Below are positions 16,613 through 26,623 of a stretch of DNA of 58,145 nucleotides, piece after piece. This DNA is from Deltaproteobacteria bacterium (lineage in GTDB: Bacteria; Bacillota; Desulfotomaculia; Desulfotomaculales; JAGUVT01): the NCBI GenBank assembly GCA_020062745.1, contig JAGUVT010000017.1:1-58145 (forward strand). The letters are read 5' to 3'. How positions within the stretch are numbered: the stretch's first letter is position 1; each line of letters starts with the position of its first letter. A program made the position numbers and the translations under genes. Below the pieces are notes generated by a model. It saw only the letters and a program-made list of their open reading frames with translations. It searched no databases and was not told the origin of the DNA.

Positions 16613-17618
16613 TAAAGTATTTATCATCGCTGAAGCGGGCGTCAATCACAACGGGGACCTGCGGCTGGCCGAACGGCTTGTGGATGCTGCAGTGGAAGCC
16701 GGCGCCGATGCGGTTAAGTTTCAAACCTTTAAAGCTGAGCGGGTAGTTGCGGCGACTGCTAAAAGGGCGGAATACCAGAAGAAAAATATGCCTGAAAAGG
16801 ATGAAACCCAGTTTGCGATGCTCAAACGCCTGGAGCTTGGATTCGATGATTTCAGGGAACTGAAAAGTTATTGCGGCCGCCGGGGAATTGTTTTTTTATC
16901 CTCTCCTTTTGATCTGGAAAGTATAGATTTTTTGGACGAGCTGGGTGTGCCGTATTTTAAAATTCCTTCGGGGGAGATAACCAACCTTCCTTTTTTGCGC
17001 CGGATCGGCCGTAAACGCAGGCCGATTATTCTTTCTACGGGCATGTCCACTCTGGGCGAGATTGAAGGGGCGGTAGAGATATTAAGGAAGGCTGGAACGC
17101 AGGAGCTGACCTTGCTTCACTGTACGACCAGTTACCCCGCGCCGCCGGAAGAAGTCAACCTGCGGGCGATGTTAACTTTAGAGCAGGCCTTCGGGTTGCC
17201 GGTGGGTTACTCCGACCATACCATAGGCTTTGCCGTTCCTGTTGCTGCTGCGGCCCTGGGAGCTTCGGTTATCGAAAAACATCTTACATTGGATTGCCGG
17301 ATGGAGGGACCGGACCATAAAGCTTCGCTGGAACCGGCCGAATTTAAAAGTATGGTGGAAGCTGTCCGGATGGTGGAAAAAAGCCTGGGCGACGGCTTGA
17401 AGAAACCGACCATGCGGGAGTTAGAGATTATGCCTGCTGTGCGGCGCAGCATAACAGCCGCCATGGATATCAGGGCAGGCGAAAGAATTATGGAGGAGTG
17501 CCTGACGGTGAAACGCCCGGGGACAGGTATATCCCCAATATTCTGGGATTTTTTGCTGGAGAGGGAAGCCCGCTGCGATATACTGGTGGATACGGTGTTG
17601 ACGTGGGAAATGGTTTAA
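16602..17618 (+). CDS. neuB: Nonulosonic acid synthase (NeuB/LegI), canonical
   Basis: IIAEAGVNHNGD, AVKFQTF, SSPFD, KIPSGE, ILSTGM, LHCTTSYP, GYSDHT, IEKH, GPDHKAS. Confidence 0.92.
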   Translation: MRGDKVFIIAEAGVNHNGDLRLAERLVDAAVEAGADAVKFQTFKAERVVAATAKRAEYQKKNMPEKDETQFAMLKRLELGFDDFRELKSYCGRRGIVFLSSPFDLESIDFLDELGVPYFKIPSGEITNLPFLRRIGRKRRPIILSTGMSTLGEIEGAVEILRKAGTQELTLLHCTTSYPAPPEEVNLRAMLTLEQAFGLPVGYSDHTIGFAVPVAAAALGASVIEKHLTLDCRMEGPDHKASLEPAEFKSMVEAVRMVEKSLGDGLKKPTMRELEIMPAVRRSITAAMDIRAGERIMEECLTVKRPGTGISPIFWDFLLEREARCDILVDTVLTWEMV

Positions 17619-17671
17619 AGAACCCCGCGAAAATACCTTAAAAGACTTATTTTAAGACAGGGGTTTTAAGA

Positions 17672-18331
17672 GTGTCTGAAAAGGTTGTTCTGGTCGGAGC
17701 AGGTGGACATGCCGGGGTTGTGGTTGATATTTTGCGCCTGCAACCCGGCAGTGAGTTTGAGCTGGTGGGTTTTACGGACACCAACCTGGAACTGGCAGGT
17801 TCTGAAATCTATGGGCTGCCTGTGTTAGGCAACGATGATATATTGGCCGAACTTTTTGCCGGAGGCGTTCGTTGCGGGCTGGTGACGGTAGGAGCCGTCC
17901 GGGTAAATCCCGTGCGGGAGAAATTATATGAAATATTGATTGGTCTTGGATTTGAGTTGATTAATGCGGTTCACCCGGCAAGCGTGATTGCCGGAAACGT
18001 AGTGTTTGGTAGAGGCAATACAGTGATGGCCGGTGTGTTGATCAACCCCGGCGCCGTGGTAAATGAAAATGTGATTATTAATACTGGCGCCGTTGTTGAA
18101 CATGACTGCCATGTTGGCTCCCATGTACATATTGGTCCGGGCGCCCGGATTGGCGGCGGGGTGAGAATTGGCGAGGGAGCCGTTATTGGAATGGGGGCGA
18201 CGGTTTTGCCTTCTCTGAGGGTCGGCAGAAGGGCGATGATCGGCGCCGGCGCCGTGGTTGTCAGGGACGTGCCTCCGGCCGCTACGGTTGTTGGCGTTCC
18301 CGGCCAGGTGGTTAAATGTGCCGGGGACTAG
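17672..18331 (+). CDS. NeuD/PglD/LegH-like hexapeptide-repeat acetyltransferase
   Basis: GAGGHA, HPAS, INTGAVVEHDC and left-handed beta-helix repeats. Confidence 0.9.
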   Translation: MSEKVVLVGAGGHAGVVVDILRLQPGSEFELVGFTDTNLELAGSEIYGLPVLGNDDILAELFAGGVRCGLVTVGAVRVNPVREKLYEILIGLGFELINAVHPASVIAGNVVFGRGNTVMAGVLINPGAVVNENVIINTGAVVEHDCHVGSHVHIGPGARIGGGVRIGEGAVIGMGATVLPSLRVGRRAMIGAGAVVVRDVPPAATVVGVPGQVVKCAGD

Positions 18332-18357
18332 TTTTTTGAGAGAGAGGTATATCTGAA

Positions 18358-19341
18358 TTGAATGGCAAAAAGGTGCTGGTAACCGGGTCGGAAGGATTTA
18401 TCGGCAGTCACCTGGTGGAGCGGCTGGTGGAGTTGGGCGCCCGGGTGAGGGCCGTGGTACTCTATAATTTCGCCAATTCCTGGGGCTGGCTGGAGAGCCT
18501 GCCGCCGGCAGTGCTGGAGGAAGTAGAGGTCTGTCCCGGCGATGTGAGGGATCAGGGCATGGTGAAGGAGGCGTTAAAGGGACAGGAAATAATTTTTCAC
18601 CTGGCCGCGCTGATCGGTATTCCTTATTCTTACAAGGCTCCCGCCAGCTACGTGCAGACCAATGTGGTAGGCACCCTGAACATGCTGGAGGCGGCGCGGG
18701 AGTGCGGGGTGGAGAGGTTCATTCATACTTCGACCAGCGAGGTTTACGGCACGGCTGTCTACGTGCCGATTGACGAGCGGCACCCGCTGCAGACCCAGTC
18801 TCCTTACGCCGCCACCAAGATAGCGGCCGACAAGCTGGCTGAAAGCTATCACCGCACTTTCGGCCTGCCGGTGGTAACTGTCCGTCCTTTCAACACCTAC
18901 GGCCCGCGGCAGTCGGCCCGGGCGGTGATACCCACCGTTATTACTCAGGCGCTAACCTCAAAAGAAGTAAAGCTGGGTTCCCTGCACCCCACCAGGGACC
19001 TTACCTTCGTTAAGGACACCGTGGAAGGGTTTATAAAAAGTGCGGCGGCGGAACGGGCGGTCGGTGAGGTGATCAATATCGGGTCGGGCTTTGAGATTTC
19101 CATCGGCGAACTGGCGCGCCTGATTTTAGGGTTGATTCCGGGCTGCAAGGCGGAACTGGCGGAGGACGTTGAGAGGCGGCGGCCGCCCGGCAGCGAGGTG
19201 GAGAGGCTGTGGGCCGACAACCGGAAGGCGCGGGAACTTTTGGGCTGGCAGCCGGCTTACACGCTGGAGAAGGGGCTGGCGGAAACCGTTGCCTGGTTCT
19301 CACAGGAGGCCGGCCGGTATAAGCAGATTTATAACGTATAA
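18358..19341 (+). CDS. legB: NDP-GlcNAc 4,6-dehydratase (LegB-like)
   Basis: VTGSEGFIGSHL, HLAALIGIPYSY, TSTSEVYG, SPYAATK, RPFNTYGPRQSARAVIP. Confidence 0.85.
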   Translation: MNGKKVLVTGSEGFIGSHLVERLVELGARVRAVVLYNFANSWGWLESLPPAVLEEVEVCPGDVRDQGMVKEALKGQEIIFHLAALIGIPYSYKAPASYVQTNVVGTLNMLEAARECGVERFIHTSTSEVYGTAVYVPIDERHPLQTQSPYAATKIAADKLAESYHRTFGLPVVTVRPFNTYGPRQSARAVIPTVITQALTSKEVKLGSLHPTRDLTFVKDTVEGFIKSAAAERAVGEVINIGSGFEISIGELARLILGLIPGCKAELAEDVERRRPPGSEVERLWADNRKARELLGWQPAYTLEKGLAETVAWFSQEAGRYKQIYNV

Positions 19342-19352
19342 GGGGCGATACA

Positions 19353-20447
19353 GTGATCCCGTTGTGTGTTCCGGAAATCAGGGGCAACGAGTGGAAATAT
19401 GTGAAAGAATGCCTGGACACTGCCTGGGTATCCTATGCCGGCGGCTTTGTAAGCCTTTTTGAGGAGCGGTTTGCTGCCTACATTGGTGCGGATCATGCCG
19501 TCGCCACCATGAACGGGACGGCGGCGCTGCACCTGGCCCTGGTTGCCCTGGGCATCGGGCCGGGGGACGAGGTGATCGTGCCCACCCTTACTTTTGTTGC
19601 GCCGGTCAACGCTGTTACCTACACCGGCGCCACGCCTGTCTTTGTTGATGCCGGGGAGCGCACCTGGAACATGGAGGTCAGGCTGGTGGAAGAGAAGATT
19701 ACCGGTAAAACCAGGGCCATCCTGCCGGTGCATCTTTACGGCCACCCCGTTGATCTGGACCCCCTCCTGGAAATTGCCGGAAAATATGGCCTTTATATAG
19801 TGGAAGACGCCTCCGAGTCTTTAGGCGCCGGGTACAAAGGTAAAAGTGTTGGAGCGGTGGGTGACGCGGGGTGTTTCAGCTTCAACGCCAACAAGCTGAT
19901 CACCACCGGCGGGGGCGGCATGCTGGTTACAAATAATGCGGCGCTGGCGGAAAAGGCCCGCTTTTTGAGCAGCCAGGCCAAAGTGCCGGGGGCGGCTTAT
20001 TTTCATCCGGACATCGGCTACAATTACCGAATGACGAATGTTCAAGCAGCCATGGGACTGGCTCAACTGGAGCAAATTGAGGATTACCTTAAAGCTAAAC
20101 GGGCCAACGCCCTGCTGTATGATACTCAACTGGCGGAAGTAAAGGGCATCGTCAGGCCGCTTGAGGAAGACTGGGCTGTCCATTCCTATTGGCTTTATTC
20201 GGTGCTGGTGGACGGCTGCCCTTTGAGCCGGGATGAGCTGATGATGAAACTGGCGGATGCGGGAATTGAGAGCCGCCCTTTTTTTCTGCCCATACATTCT
20301 TTGCCGCCGTACCGGGACCGGCATTACGGCGATTTCCCGGCGGCCGGGCGTTTATCAGCGCAGGGATTGAACCTGCCTTCTTCGGTGGGCTTGAAAGAAG
20401 AAGAAATCCTCCGGGTATGCCGCAAGTTGAAGGAGCTTGCCGGTTAA
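19353..20447 (+). CDS. legC: DegT/LegC-family PLP aminotransferase
   Basis: IPLCVP, NGTAALHLAL, VEDASES, FSFNANKLITTGGGG, GYNYRM. Confidence 0.8.
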   Translation: MIPLCVPEIRGNEWKYVKECLDTAWVSYAGGFVSLFEERFAAYIGADHAVATMNGTAALHLALVALGIGPGDEVIVPTLTFVAPVNAVTYTGATPVFVDAGERTWNMEVRLVEEKITGKTRAILPVHLYGHPVDLDPLLEIAGKYGLYIVEDASESLGAGYKGKSVGAVGDAGCFSFNANKLITTGGGGMLVTNNAALAEKARFLSSQAKVPGAAYFHPDIGYNYRMTNVQAAMGLAQLEQIEDYLKAKRANALLYDTQLAEVKGIVRPLEEDWAVHSYWLYSVLVDGCPLSRDELMMKLADAGIESRPFFLPIHSLPPYRDRHYGDFPAAGRLSAQGLNLPSSVGLKEEEILRVCRKLKELAG

Positions 20448-20515
20448 GTGCTGCCGCAGTCCGGCGGAAGGGGTTCTTCGAAAGTTTTTGTAATAAGACG
20501 GTTGGAGGGGTAGAG

Positions 20516-21505
20516 ATGGAAAGGGACGTCAAGCCGAACGCCACCTACGGCGAGGTCAGGAGAACCGCGGAAAAGATGGACTGGGAGAAAGCGCGCGGGG
20601 CGGATTACTGGGAGTACCGGCGAAAGTGGACGGAGTATCCGCAGCGGCTTTTCGTGAGCGAGTTTCCGCTGCACCTGGATATTGAAACCACGAACGCCTG
20701 CAACCTGAAGTGCCCCATGTGCCCCCGCAACCAGACCTCTTACCGGCAGAAAAGCGGTTACATGGATTTTGCCTTTTACCGCCGGTTGATTGAAGAAGGA
20801 GCGGAGAACGGTCTGTGTTCGGTCAAGCTCAATTACCTCGGCGAGCCTTTGATGCATAAGGATATTGTCAGGCAGGTGCAGTTTGCTAAAAAGAGCGGCA
20901 TTATTGAGGTAATGCTCAATACCAACGCCACCCTTTTGACGGAGGAATTGTCCCGCCGGCTGCTTGACGCCGGCCTGGACAGCATCTTTTTTTCGGCTGA
21001 TTCGCCCTACCGGGAAAAGTACAACCGCATCAGGGTGGGCGCCGATTTTGACGTGGTTATAAAGAATATTATCAGTTTTGTCGATATAAGGAATAAGGGC
21101 GGCTACCGCCACGTGCAGACGCGGGTGTCCATGGTGGTTATGGACAATGAGCCGGAAGAGTTTGAGGATTATAAAAAGTTCTGGCTGGATTACGTGGACC
21201 TGGTCGGCTTTGGAGAATACGTGAATCACGATTTTGATTACGGTTCTGAAATAAATCCGGCTTTTGCCTGCGCTCAGCCTTTCCAGCGCATGTTTGTGAT
21301 GTGGGACGGTGTTGTCTGCCCCTGCTGCATGGATGATAAGAGGAGCCTGGTAATGGGAGATGCCGGGGCCGAACCGTTGAAGGTTATCTGGCATAATGCT
21401 TCCTACAGGCGTTTGCGGGAAGCCATGATTAACGGAAGGTATCATGAAATCGGCCTTTGCCGCCGGTGTTACGTGCCGTGGGCGAATACGGGAGGGAAAG
21501 AGTAG
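20516..21505 (+). CDS. Radical SAM enzyme with SPASM/Twitch domain
   Basis: CNLKCPMC (CxxxCxxC), GEPL, C-terminal CAQPF...DGVVCPCC...CRRC. Confidence 0.9.
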   Translation: MERDVKPNATYGEVRRTAEKMDWEKARGADYWEYRRKWTEYPQRLFVSEFPLHLDIETTNACNLKCPMCPRNQTSYRQKSGYMDFAFYRRLIEEGAENGLCSVKLNYLGEPLMHKDIVRQVQFAKKSGIIEVMLNTNATLLTEELSRRLLDAGLDSIFFSADSPYREKYNRIRVGADFDVVIKNIISFVDIRNKGGYRHVQTRVSMVVMDNEPEEFEDYKKFWLDYVDLVGFGEYVNHDFDYGSEINPAFACAQPFQRMFVMWDGVVCPCCMDDKRSLVMGDAGAEPLKVIWHNASYRRLREAMINGRYHEIGLCRRCYVPWANTGGKE

Positions 21506-21516
21506 GGGTTTTGTGC

Positions 21517-22272
21517 ATGAGAACGGCTGTCTTTATTACAGCACGGGTAAAGTCATCGCGTCTGCCACGCAAGGCGCTTTTAAAAATAGGCGGTAAAACC
21601 GCTATCGAGCACCTGATCGAGAGGGCGAAAAGAGCTGTCCGGCCGCAGTTGGTGGTGATGTGCACTTCTACCAACCCGCATGACCTGGTTCTGGCCGAGT
21701 TGGCGGTGAAAAATAATATTTACTTTTTCCGCGGCAGTGAAGATGACAAGCTGGATCGTTATTTAAAAGCAGCGGAGAAGTTCCGGGTGGAGTTTATTGT
21801 GACGGTGGATGGCGACGATATTTTTTGCGATCCGGAACTTATGGACCAGGCAATAGAACATTTTTTGCAAACAGAGGCTGACTTCATTACCTGGAATGGT
21901 TTGCCGCTCGGTGCTGCCTGCGCCGGGATTAAAGTCGAAGCTTTGCGCCGGGTGTGCGAACTAAAGGCTGAAACCGATACCGAAGTCTGGGGAGGGTATT
22001 TTACCGAAACGGGTCTTTTTAAAGTGGAGCAAATAGAAGCAGAAGAAGCATTGAGACGGCCGGAGGTCAGGATGACCCTGGATTATCCGGAAGATCTCCG
22101 GTTTTTTGAGCGTATTTTTGCGGAACTGGACGCCGGCGGCCGGTTCTTTTCTCTCCGGGAAGTTCTTTCCCTGCTTGAGGAGAAACCGGAAATTACCGAA
22201 ATCAACCGCGGCGTTCAGGCGGCATACGAAGAGCACCTGAAAAAGTCGGCGCCTGTCAGGTTGAAGAGCTAG
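21517..22272 (+). CDS. SpsF/KdsB-like cytidylyltransferase
   Basis: ITARVKSSRLPRKAL, FRGSEDD, VDGDD, RMTLDYPED. Confidence 0.85.
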   Translation: MRTAVFITARVKSSRLPRKALLKIGGKTAIEHLIERAKRAVRPQLVVMCTSTNPHDLVLAELAVKNNIYFFRGSEDDKLDRYLKAAEKFRVEFIVTVDGDDIFCDPELMDQAIEHFLQTEADFITWNGLPLGAACAGIKVEALRRVCELKAETDTEVWGGYFTETGLFKVEQIEAEEALRRPEVRMTLDYPEDLRFFERIFAELDAGGRFFSLREVLSLLEEKPEITEINRGVQAAYEEHLKKSAPVRLKS

Positions 22273-22319
22273 ACGCCCATACCACCGGGACGGTGCCGGC
22301 AGTTAGTGAAAATACCATG

Positions 22320-22403
22320 TGTCGTTGCGAGGGCGAAGCCCGACGCAATCCTAAGGCAGTATGCGCAGCAGGGGATTGCCATGCCTTAAGGCTCGCAATG
22401 ACA
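22320..22403. repeat. REP/MITE-like palindromic element (GTCRTTGCGAG...GCAATC...GATTGC...CTCGCAATGAC)
   Basis: Nested inverted repeats read directly in the intergenic gap. Confidence 0.7.
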
Positions 22404-22430
22404 AATAGCAAATTTCAGGAAGTGTATTAG

Positions 22431-23153
22431 ATGGTTAAAAGGGATTGGGAACACGGGCTGGAGAGCCAGGGTTATCTTTCTGCCATGTTGCGACGGGCGA
22501 CCGGCGAGGCGCCGGTAATGGAACAGACGAAGCAGTTGGTTGAGCTGATCGGGGAAATCTACCGGCCGGGCATGAGGGTGCTGGACGTGTGTTGCGGCGC
22601 CGGACATTTTTACCCGGCTTTAGAGAGTATTGATGAAGATATGATTTACCACGGCTGCGACATCTCGCCGGAATACGTCGCTGCAGCCAGAAGAGTTTTT
22701 AAAAGGAAGACGAATGCCGGTTTCTTTGAGGGGGACATTTTCAACCTGCCCTTTTCCGACAGTAGTTATGATATAGTGTTTTGCTACACGACCCTCCAGC
22801 ATTTTCCCGACTACCGGGAAGCCGTCCGGGAGTTGTTGCGGGTAACGGCAAAATACCTTTTTATGAGGCTTTTGCTCAGCGACCATACTTATATTATTAA
22901 AAGGTATAAACCCGGCCTGCTGGACGAAAAAGGGCAACCGGCTTTTGTTTATTATAACATCTGGGATCAGGGTGAGTTTGTTGATTACCTGGAAAACGAC
23001 CTGGGATGCGGGGAGATAAAAGTTTATGACGACCGGTTCAACGTGGAAATACCAAAGGCAAACAACTGGGATACATATACCCTGGCCGGGATGCAGATCA
23101 GCGGGAACATCATTTTGACCTGGAAACATGTGCGGGCTGTTAAGGGAGGTTAA
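22431..23153 (+). CDS. Class I SAM-dependent methyltransferase
   Basis: VLDVCCGAG, GCDIS, GDIFNLPF.D.SYDIV, ELLRV. Confidence 0.88.
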   Translation: MVKRDWEHGLESQGYLSAMLRRATGEAPVMEQTKQLVELIGEIYRPGMRVLDVCCGAGHFYPALESIDEDMIYHGCDISPEYVAAARRVFKRKTNAGFFEGDIFNLPFSDSSYDIVFCYTTLQHFPDYREAVRELLRVTAKYLFMRLLLSDHTYIIKRYKPGLLDEKGQPAFVYYNIWDQGEFVDYLENDLGCGEIKVYDDRFNVEIPKANNWDTYTLAGMQISGNIILTWKHVRAVKGG

Positions 23154-23159
23154 TCTATT

Positions 23160-24182
23160 GTGAAATTTCTGGTGGTCGGGCTTGGTTCCATGGGAAAACG
23201 CCGGATTAGGAATTTGCAGCATCTCGGGGCGGGTGAAATAACAGGTTTCGACCCGCGGGCGGACCGGCGGGAAGAAGCCGGTTCCAGGTATAGGATCAAG
23301 ACCTTTGCTTCCTTTGAGGAAGCCCTGGCGGAAGACCCCGGCGCACTCATTGTTTCCACGCCGCCGGACAAACACCTGGAATACGCGCTTAAAGCCGCCG
23401 GGAGCGGCAAACATTTTTTTACCGAAGCCGGCGTAATGACCGACGGCCTGGAAGAGTTGATCGTCCTTTGCCGCGACCGGCGGATAGTAGCCGCGCCGTC
23501 GTGCACCATGCGCTTTCAGCCGTCAATCAGGGTGATAAAGAAACTGGTGGAGGACCGGGTTGTTGGCGGAATACAGGCCTTTACCTACCACAGCGGTCAG
23601 TACCTGCCCGACTGGCACCCGTGGGAGGATTACCGTTCTTTCTATGTCTCACGGAGAGAAACCGGCGCCTGCCGGGAGATTGTGCCTTTTGAGCTGGTCT
23701 GGTTGACCTGGGTACTGGGCGAGGTGGAGTTGGTTTCCTGCTTTAAGGGCAAGCTTTCCGGGTTGGAGGCCGATATAGACGATGTCTATCAGCTTTTGCT
23801 GGGCTTTCAGGGAGGTACCCTGGGCCATATGCTGGTGGATGTGATCGCGAGAGTTCCTTACCGGGTATTGAAACTGATCAGTGACGAAGGGATTATCAGT
23901 TGGGACTGGCGGGAAAAATGCGTGCGGGTTTTCCGGGCTGCCGCCGGTGAATGGGAGGAGTACCGTGAACCGGCAGGCATGGTGGAAAAGGGATATGTTA
24001 TTGAAGAAGAAATGTATATCGCTGAAATGGCGCACTTTATCAAAGCGATAAAAGGAGAAGAACAGTATCAATACAGCCTGGCTGAAGATAAAAAGGTTCT
24101 GGAACTCTTGCTTGCCGCCGAACAGAGTTGGGAAAACGGTATCCACATCCAGCCGGGTGGAATTGGGGGGCAAAGGAAATGA
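23160..24182 (+). CDS. Gfo/Idh/MocA-family oxidoreductase
   Basis: VVGLGSMGKRR, VSTPPDKH, GQYLPDWHPWEDYR. Confidence 0.88.
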   Translation: MKFLVVGLGSMGKRRIRNLQHLGAGEITGFDPRADRREEAGSRYRIKTFASFEEALAEDPGALIVSTPPDKHLEYALKAAGSGKHFFTEAGVMTDGLEELIVLCRDRRIVAAPSCTMRFQPSIRVIKKLVEDRVVGGIQAFTYHSGQYLPDWHPWEDYRSFYVSRRETGACREIVPFELVWLTWVLGEVELVSCFKGKLSGLEADIDDVYQLLLGFQGGTLGHMLVDVIARVPYRVLKLISDEGIISWDWREKCVRVFRAAAGEWEEYREPAGMVEKGYVIEEEMYIAEMAHFIKAIKGEEQYQYSLAEDKKVLELLLAAEQSWENGIHIQPGGIGGQRK

Positions 24183-25285
24183 AAGTAATTCCGGCAGATA
24201 TTCAGGTCAGGCGAGGGGCGACGTTGAAGGAAGCCATAGAAATTATGGATCGGGTGACTTCCGGGGTGGCTCTTATTGTGGATGAGGAAGACCGTTTAAT
24301 CGGTATCCTCACCGACGGGGACATCAGAAGGGCGATTTTGAGAAATGTCGATCTGGGCAGCCCTATTGAGAAGGTCATGAACCGCAGCCCCATTACGGCT
24401 ACCAGGGACTTTACCCGGAAGCAGCTGATGCACCTGATCCGCTGCAAGTCCATCTCGCACCTGCCGGTGGTGGACTCCCGGAACCGGGTGGTGCGGATTA
24501 TATTTGCCCACGAGTTTATTAACGGCGGGGATTTGCCGGTTCGGGCCGTGATCATGGCCGGAGGGCTGGGAACCCGCCTGCGGCCCTTGACTGATGACCT
24601 GCCTAAACCGTTGTTGAAGGTCGGGCATAAGCCTCTCCTGGAGATGATCATAGAGCAGCTTGCTTATGCCGGAGTGAAAAACGTCTATCTTTCTATAAGG
24701 TATAAAGGAAGTAAGATAGAGGAGTATTTTGGTGACGGCTCGCGTTTGGGTGTACACCTGTCTTACCTTAAAGAAAACAAAAGACTCGGTACGGCCGGCC
24801 CGCTGGGCCTGATTAGAGAAGATTTTGCCGAGCCGGTCCTGGTTGTCAACGGAGATATATTGAGCAAGGTGAACTTTAAAAGAATGGTTGATTTTCATTT
24901 TGAGAACGATGCTGAGATGACGGTAGCCGTAAAGCAGCACGTAATAGAGGTTCCCTACGGGGTGGTGGAGGTGGAAAATGACGAACTGGTCGGCATGTCC
25001 GAGAAGCCGGTGCTCAAGTTTTTTATCAACGCCGGAATTTATCTGCTCAATGCCGATATTAAAAACCATATTCCGCACGATACTTACTTTGACATGTCGG
25101 CTCTTATCAGTCTGTTGATTAACCGGAAAAGAAGAATCTGTTCTTACCCGATCAGGGAGTACTGGGCGGATATAGGTTCGCATGGTGATTATGAAAAAGC
25201 GATTGACGATTATGCGAAAAATTTTCAAAAAAATTCTAAAGAAGAGCCGGAAAATAAAAACATCTACGCGCTTGGAGGGAGATGA
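24179..25285 (+). CDS. CBS-domain nucleotidyltransferase (PtmE-like)
   Basis: GILTDGDIRRA CBS pair followed by MAGGLGTRLRPLT..PKPLL, LGTAG, NGDIL, INAGIY. Confidence 0.88.
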   Translation: MKVIPADIQVRRGATLKEAIEIMDRVTSGVALIVDEEDRLIGILTDGDIRRAILRNVDLGSPIEKVMNRSPITATRDFTRKQLMHLIRCKSISHLPVVDSRNRVVRIIFAHEFINGGDLPVRAVIMAGGLGTRLRPLTDDLPKPLLKVGHKPLLEMIIEQLAYAGVKNVYLSIRYKGSKIEEYFGDGSRLGVHLSYLKENKRLGTAGPLGLIREDFAEPVLVVNGDILSKVNFKRMVDFHFENDAEMTVAVKQHVIEVPYGVVEVENDELVGMSEKPVLKFFINAGIYLLNADIKNHIPHDTYFDMSALISLLINRKRRICSYPIREYWADIGSHGDYEKAIDDYAKNFQKNSKEEPENKNIYALGGR

Positions 25286-26604
25286 CCTTTTTCTTGTTTA
25301 CCAGGTCGAAGTTGCTGGCGGAGAAAGCTGCCTGTCTGATTCCCGCCGGGTGCCACACATACAGCAAGGGCGATGATCAGTTTCCGTTTCTGGCGCCGGG
25401 GTTTATTGTTAAAGGCAGCGGTTGTTACGTTACTGATGTTGACGGCAACGAGTTTCTGGACTGGGGTATGGGGCTGCGCTCGGTGATACTGGGGCATTGC
25501 TATCCGGCGGTGCTCGAGGCTGTTTACCGCCAGTTGCAGATGGGTGTCAACTTTACCAGGCCGTCTCCTGTAGAAGCAGAGCTTGCCCAACTGCTGACGG
25601 ATCTTATTCCTTCGGCGGAGATGGTTAAGCTGGCCAAAAACGGTTCCGACGTGACTTCGGCGGCGGTCAGGCTGGCCAGGGCTTATACCGGGAGGGATTA
25701 TGTCGCCGTATGCCGGGAACAGCCCTTTTTTAGTTTTTATGACTGGTTTATCGGTTCCACCCCCTGCAATGCGGGGATTCCGGAAGCCGTGCGGGAGCTG
25801 ACGTTGAAGTTTTCGTACAACGATCCGGCCGGCCTGGAGGAGTTGTTCCGGCTGTACCCGGACCGGATTGCCGCCGTAATACTTGAACCTGTGTCCACCG
25901 AAGCGCCGCAAGCCGGCTTTTTACAAAAAGTGAGGGGCCTGACCCGGAGCAACGGCACGGTTTTGATTTTTGACGAGATGATTTCCGGTTTTCGCTGGCA
26001 CCTGTCGGGCGCTCAGGAGTACTTCGGGGTTGTTCCCGATCTGAGCACTTTCGGCAAGGCCATGGGGAACGGGTTTTCGGCGGCGGCCCTGGTCGGCAAA
26101 AGAGAGATAATGGAACTCGGCGGCCTGACTCATAACAGGGAGAAAGTGTTTCTGCTTTCGTCCACCCACGGCGGGGAAACTCATGCCGTTGCCGCAGCCA
26201 TAGCCACCATTAACGAAATGCGGGAGAAGAAGGTGATCGACCACGTCTGGCGGATCGGACAAAAACTGCAAAATGGCTTTAATCAGATCTGTGAGGAGAG
26301 CGGTCTGTCTGAATATGTCCGGATGTCCGGCTACCCGTGCAGTCCCTTTATAGTCTGCATGGATCGCCGGGGAGAAGTGTCACTTCCTTTGCGCACCCTG
26401 CTTTTGCAGGAGTTTATCAAATGCGGTGTTCTTATCCCTTATATTTCAATATCATTCTCGCACACAGAAGAAGAGGTGGACAGCACTCTGGAAGCGTTGC
26501 GCAAAGTTCTTGTCGTTTACCGTAAGGCCATGGACAAAGGGGTGGAGCGTTTTCTTGTCGGTCCGCCGGTAAAGCCGGTGTTTCGAAAGTATAATTGGCT
26601 TTAA
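25282..26604 (+). CDS. Class III PLP aminotransferase (GSA-aminomutase-like), glycan-locus type
   Basis: HTYSKGDDQ, KNGSDVT.AAVRLARAYTGR, FDEMISGFR, TFGKAMGNG. Confidence 0.85.
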   Translation: MTFFLFTRSKLLAEKAACLIPAGCHTYSKGDDQFPFLAPGFIVKGSGCYVTDVDGNEFLDWGMGLRSVILGHCYPAVLEAVYRQLQMGVNFTRPSPVEAELAQLLTDLIPSAEMVKLAKNGSDVTSAAVRLARAYTGRDYVAVCREQPFFSFYDWFIGSTPCNAGIPEAVRELTLKFSYNDPAGLEELFRLYPDRIAAVILEPVSTEAPQAGFLQKVRGLTRSNGTVLIFDEMISGFRWHLSGAQEYFGVVPDLSTFGKAMGNGFSAAALVGKREIMELGGLTHNREKVFLLSSTHGGETHAVAAAIATINEMREKKVIDHVWRIGQKLQNGFNQICEESGLSEYVRMSGYPCSPFIVCMDRRGEVSLPLRTLLLQEFIKCGVLIPYISISFSHTEEEVDSTLEALRKVLVVYRKAMDKGVERFLVGPPVKPVFRKYNWL

Positions 26605-26623
26605 GCATTTTTTCCAAGGGAGG

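Noticed and set aside
20444-25911. Long antisense ORFs (e.g. 20444-21445, 22620-23414, 24296-25228)
   Set aside because: They are shadows of well-supported plus-strand genes with no motifs of their own.
25282-26604. Calling this gene hemL (tetrapyrrole synthesis)
   Set aside because: The glycan-locus context and TYSKGDDQ-type N-terminus point to a sugar-related class III aminotransferase; no hem genes are nearby.
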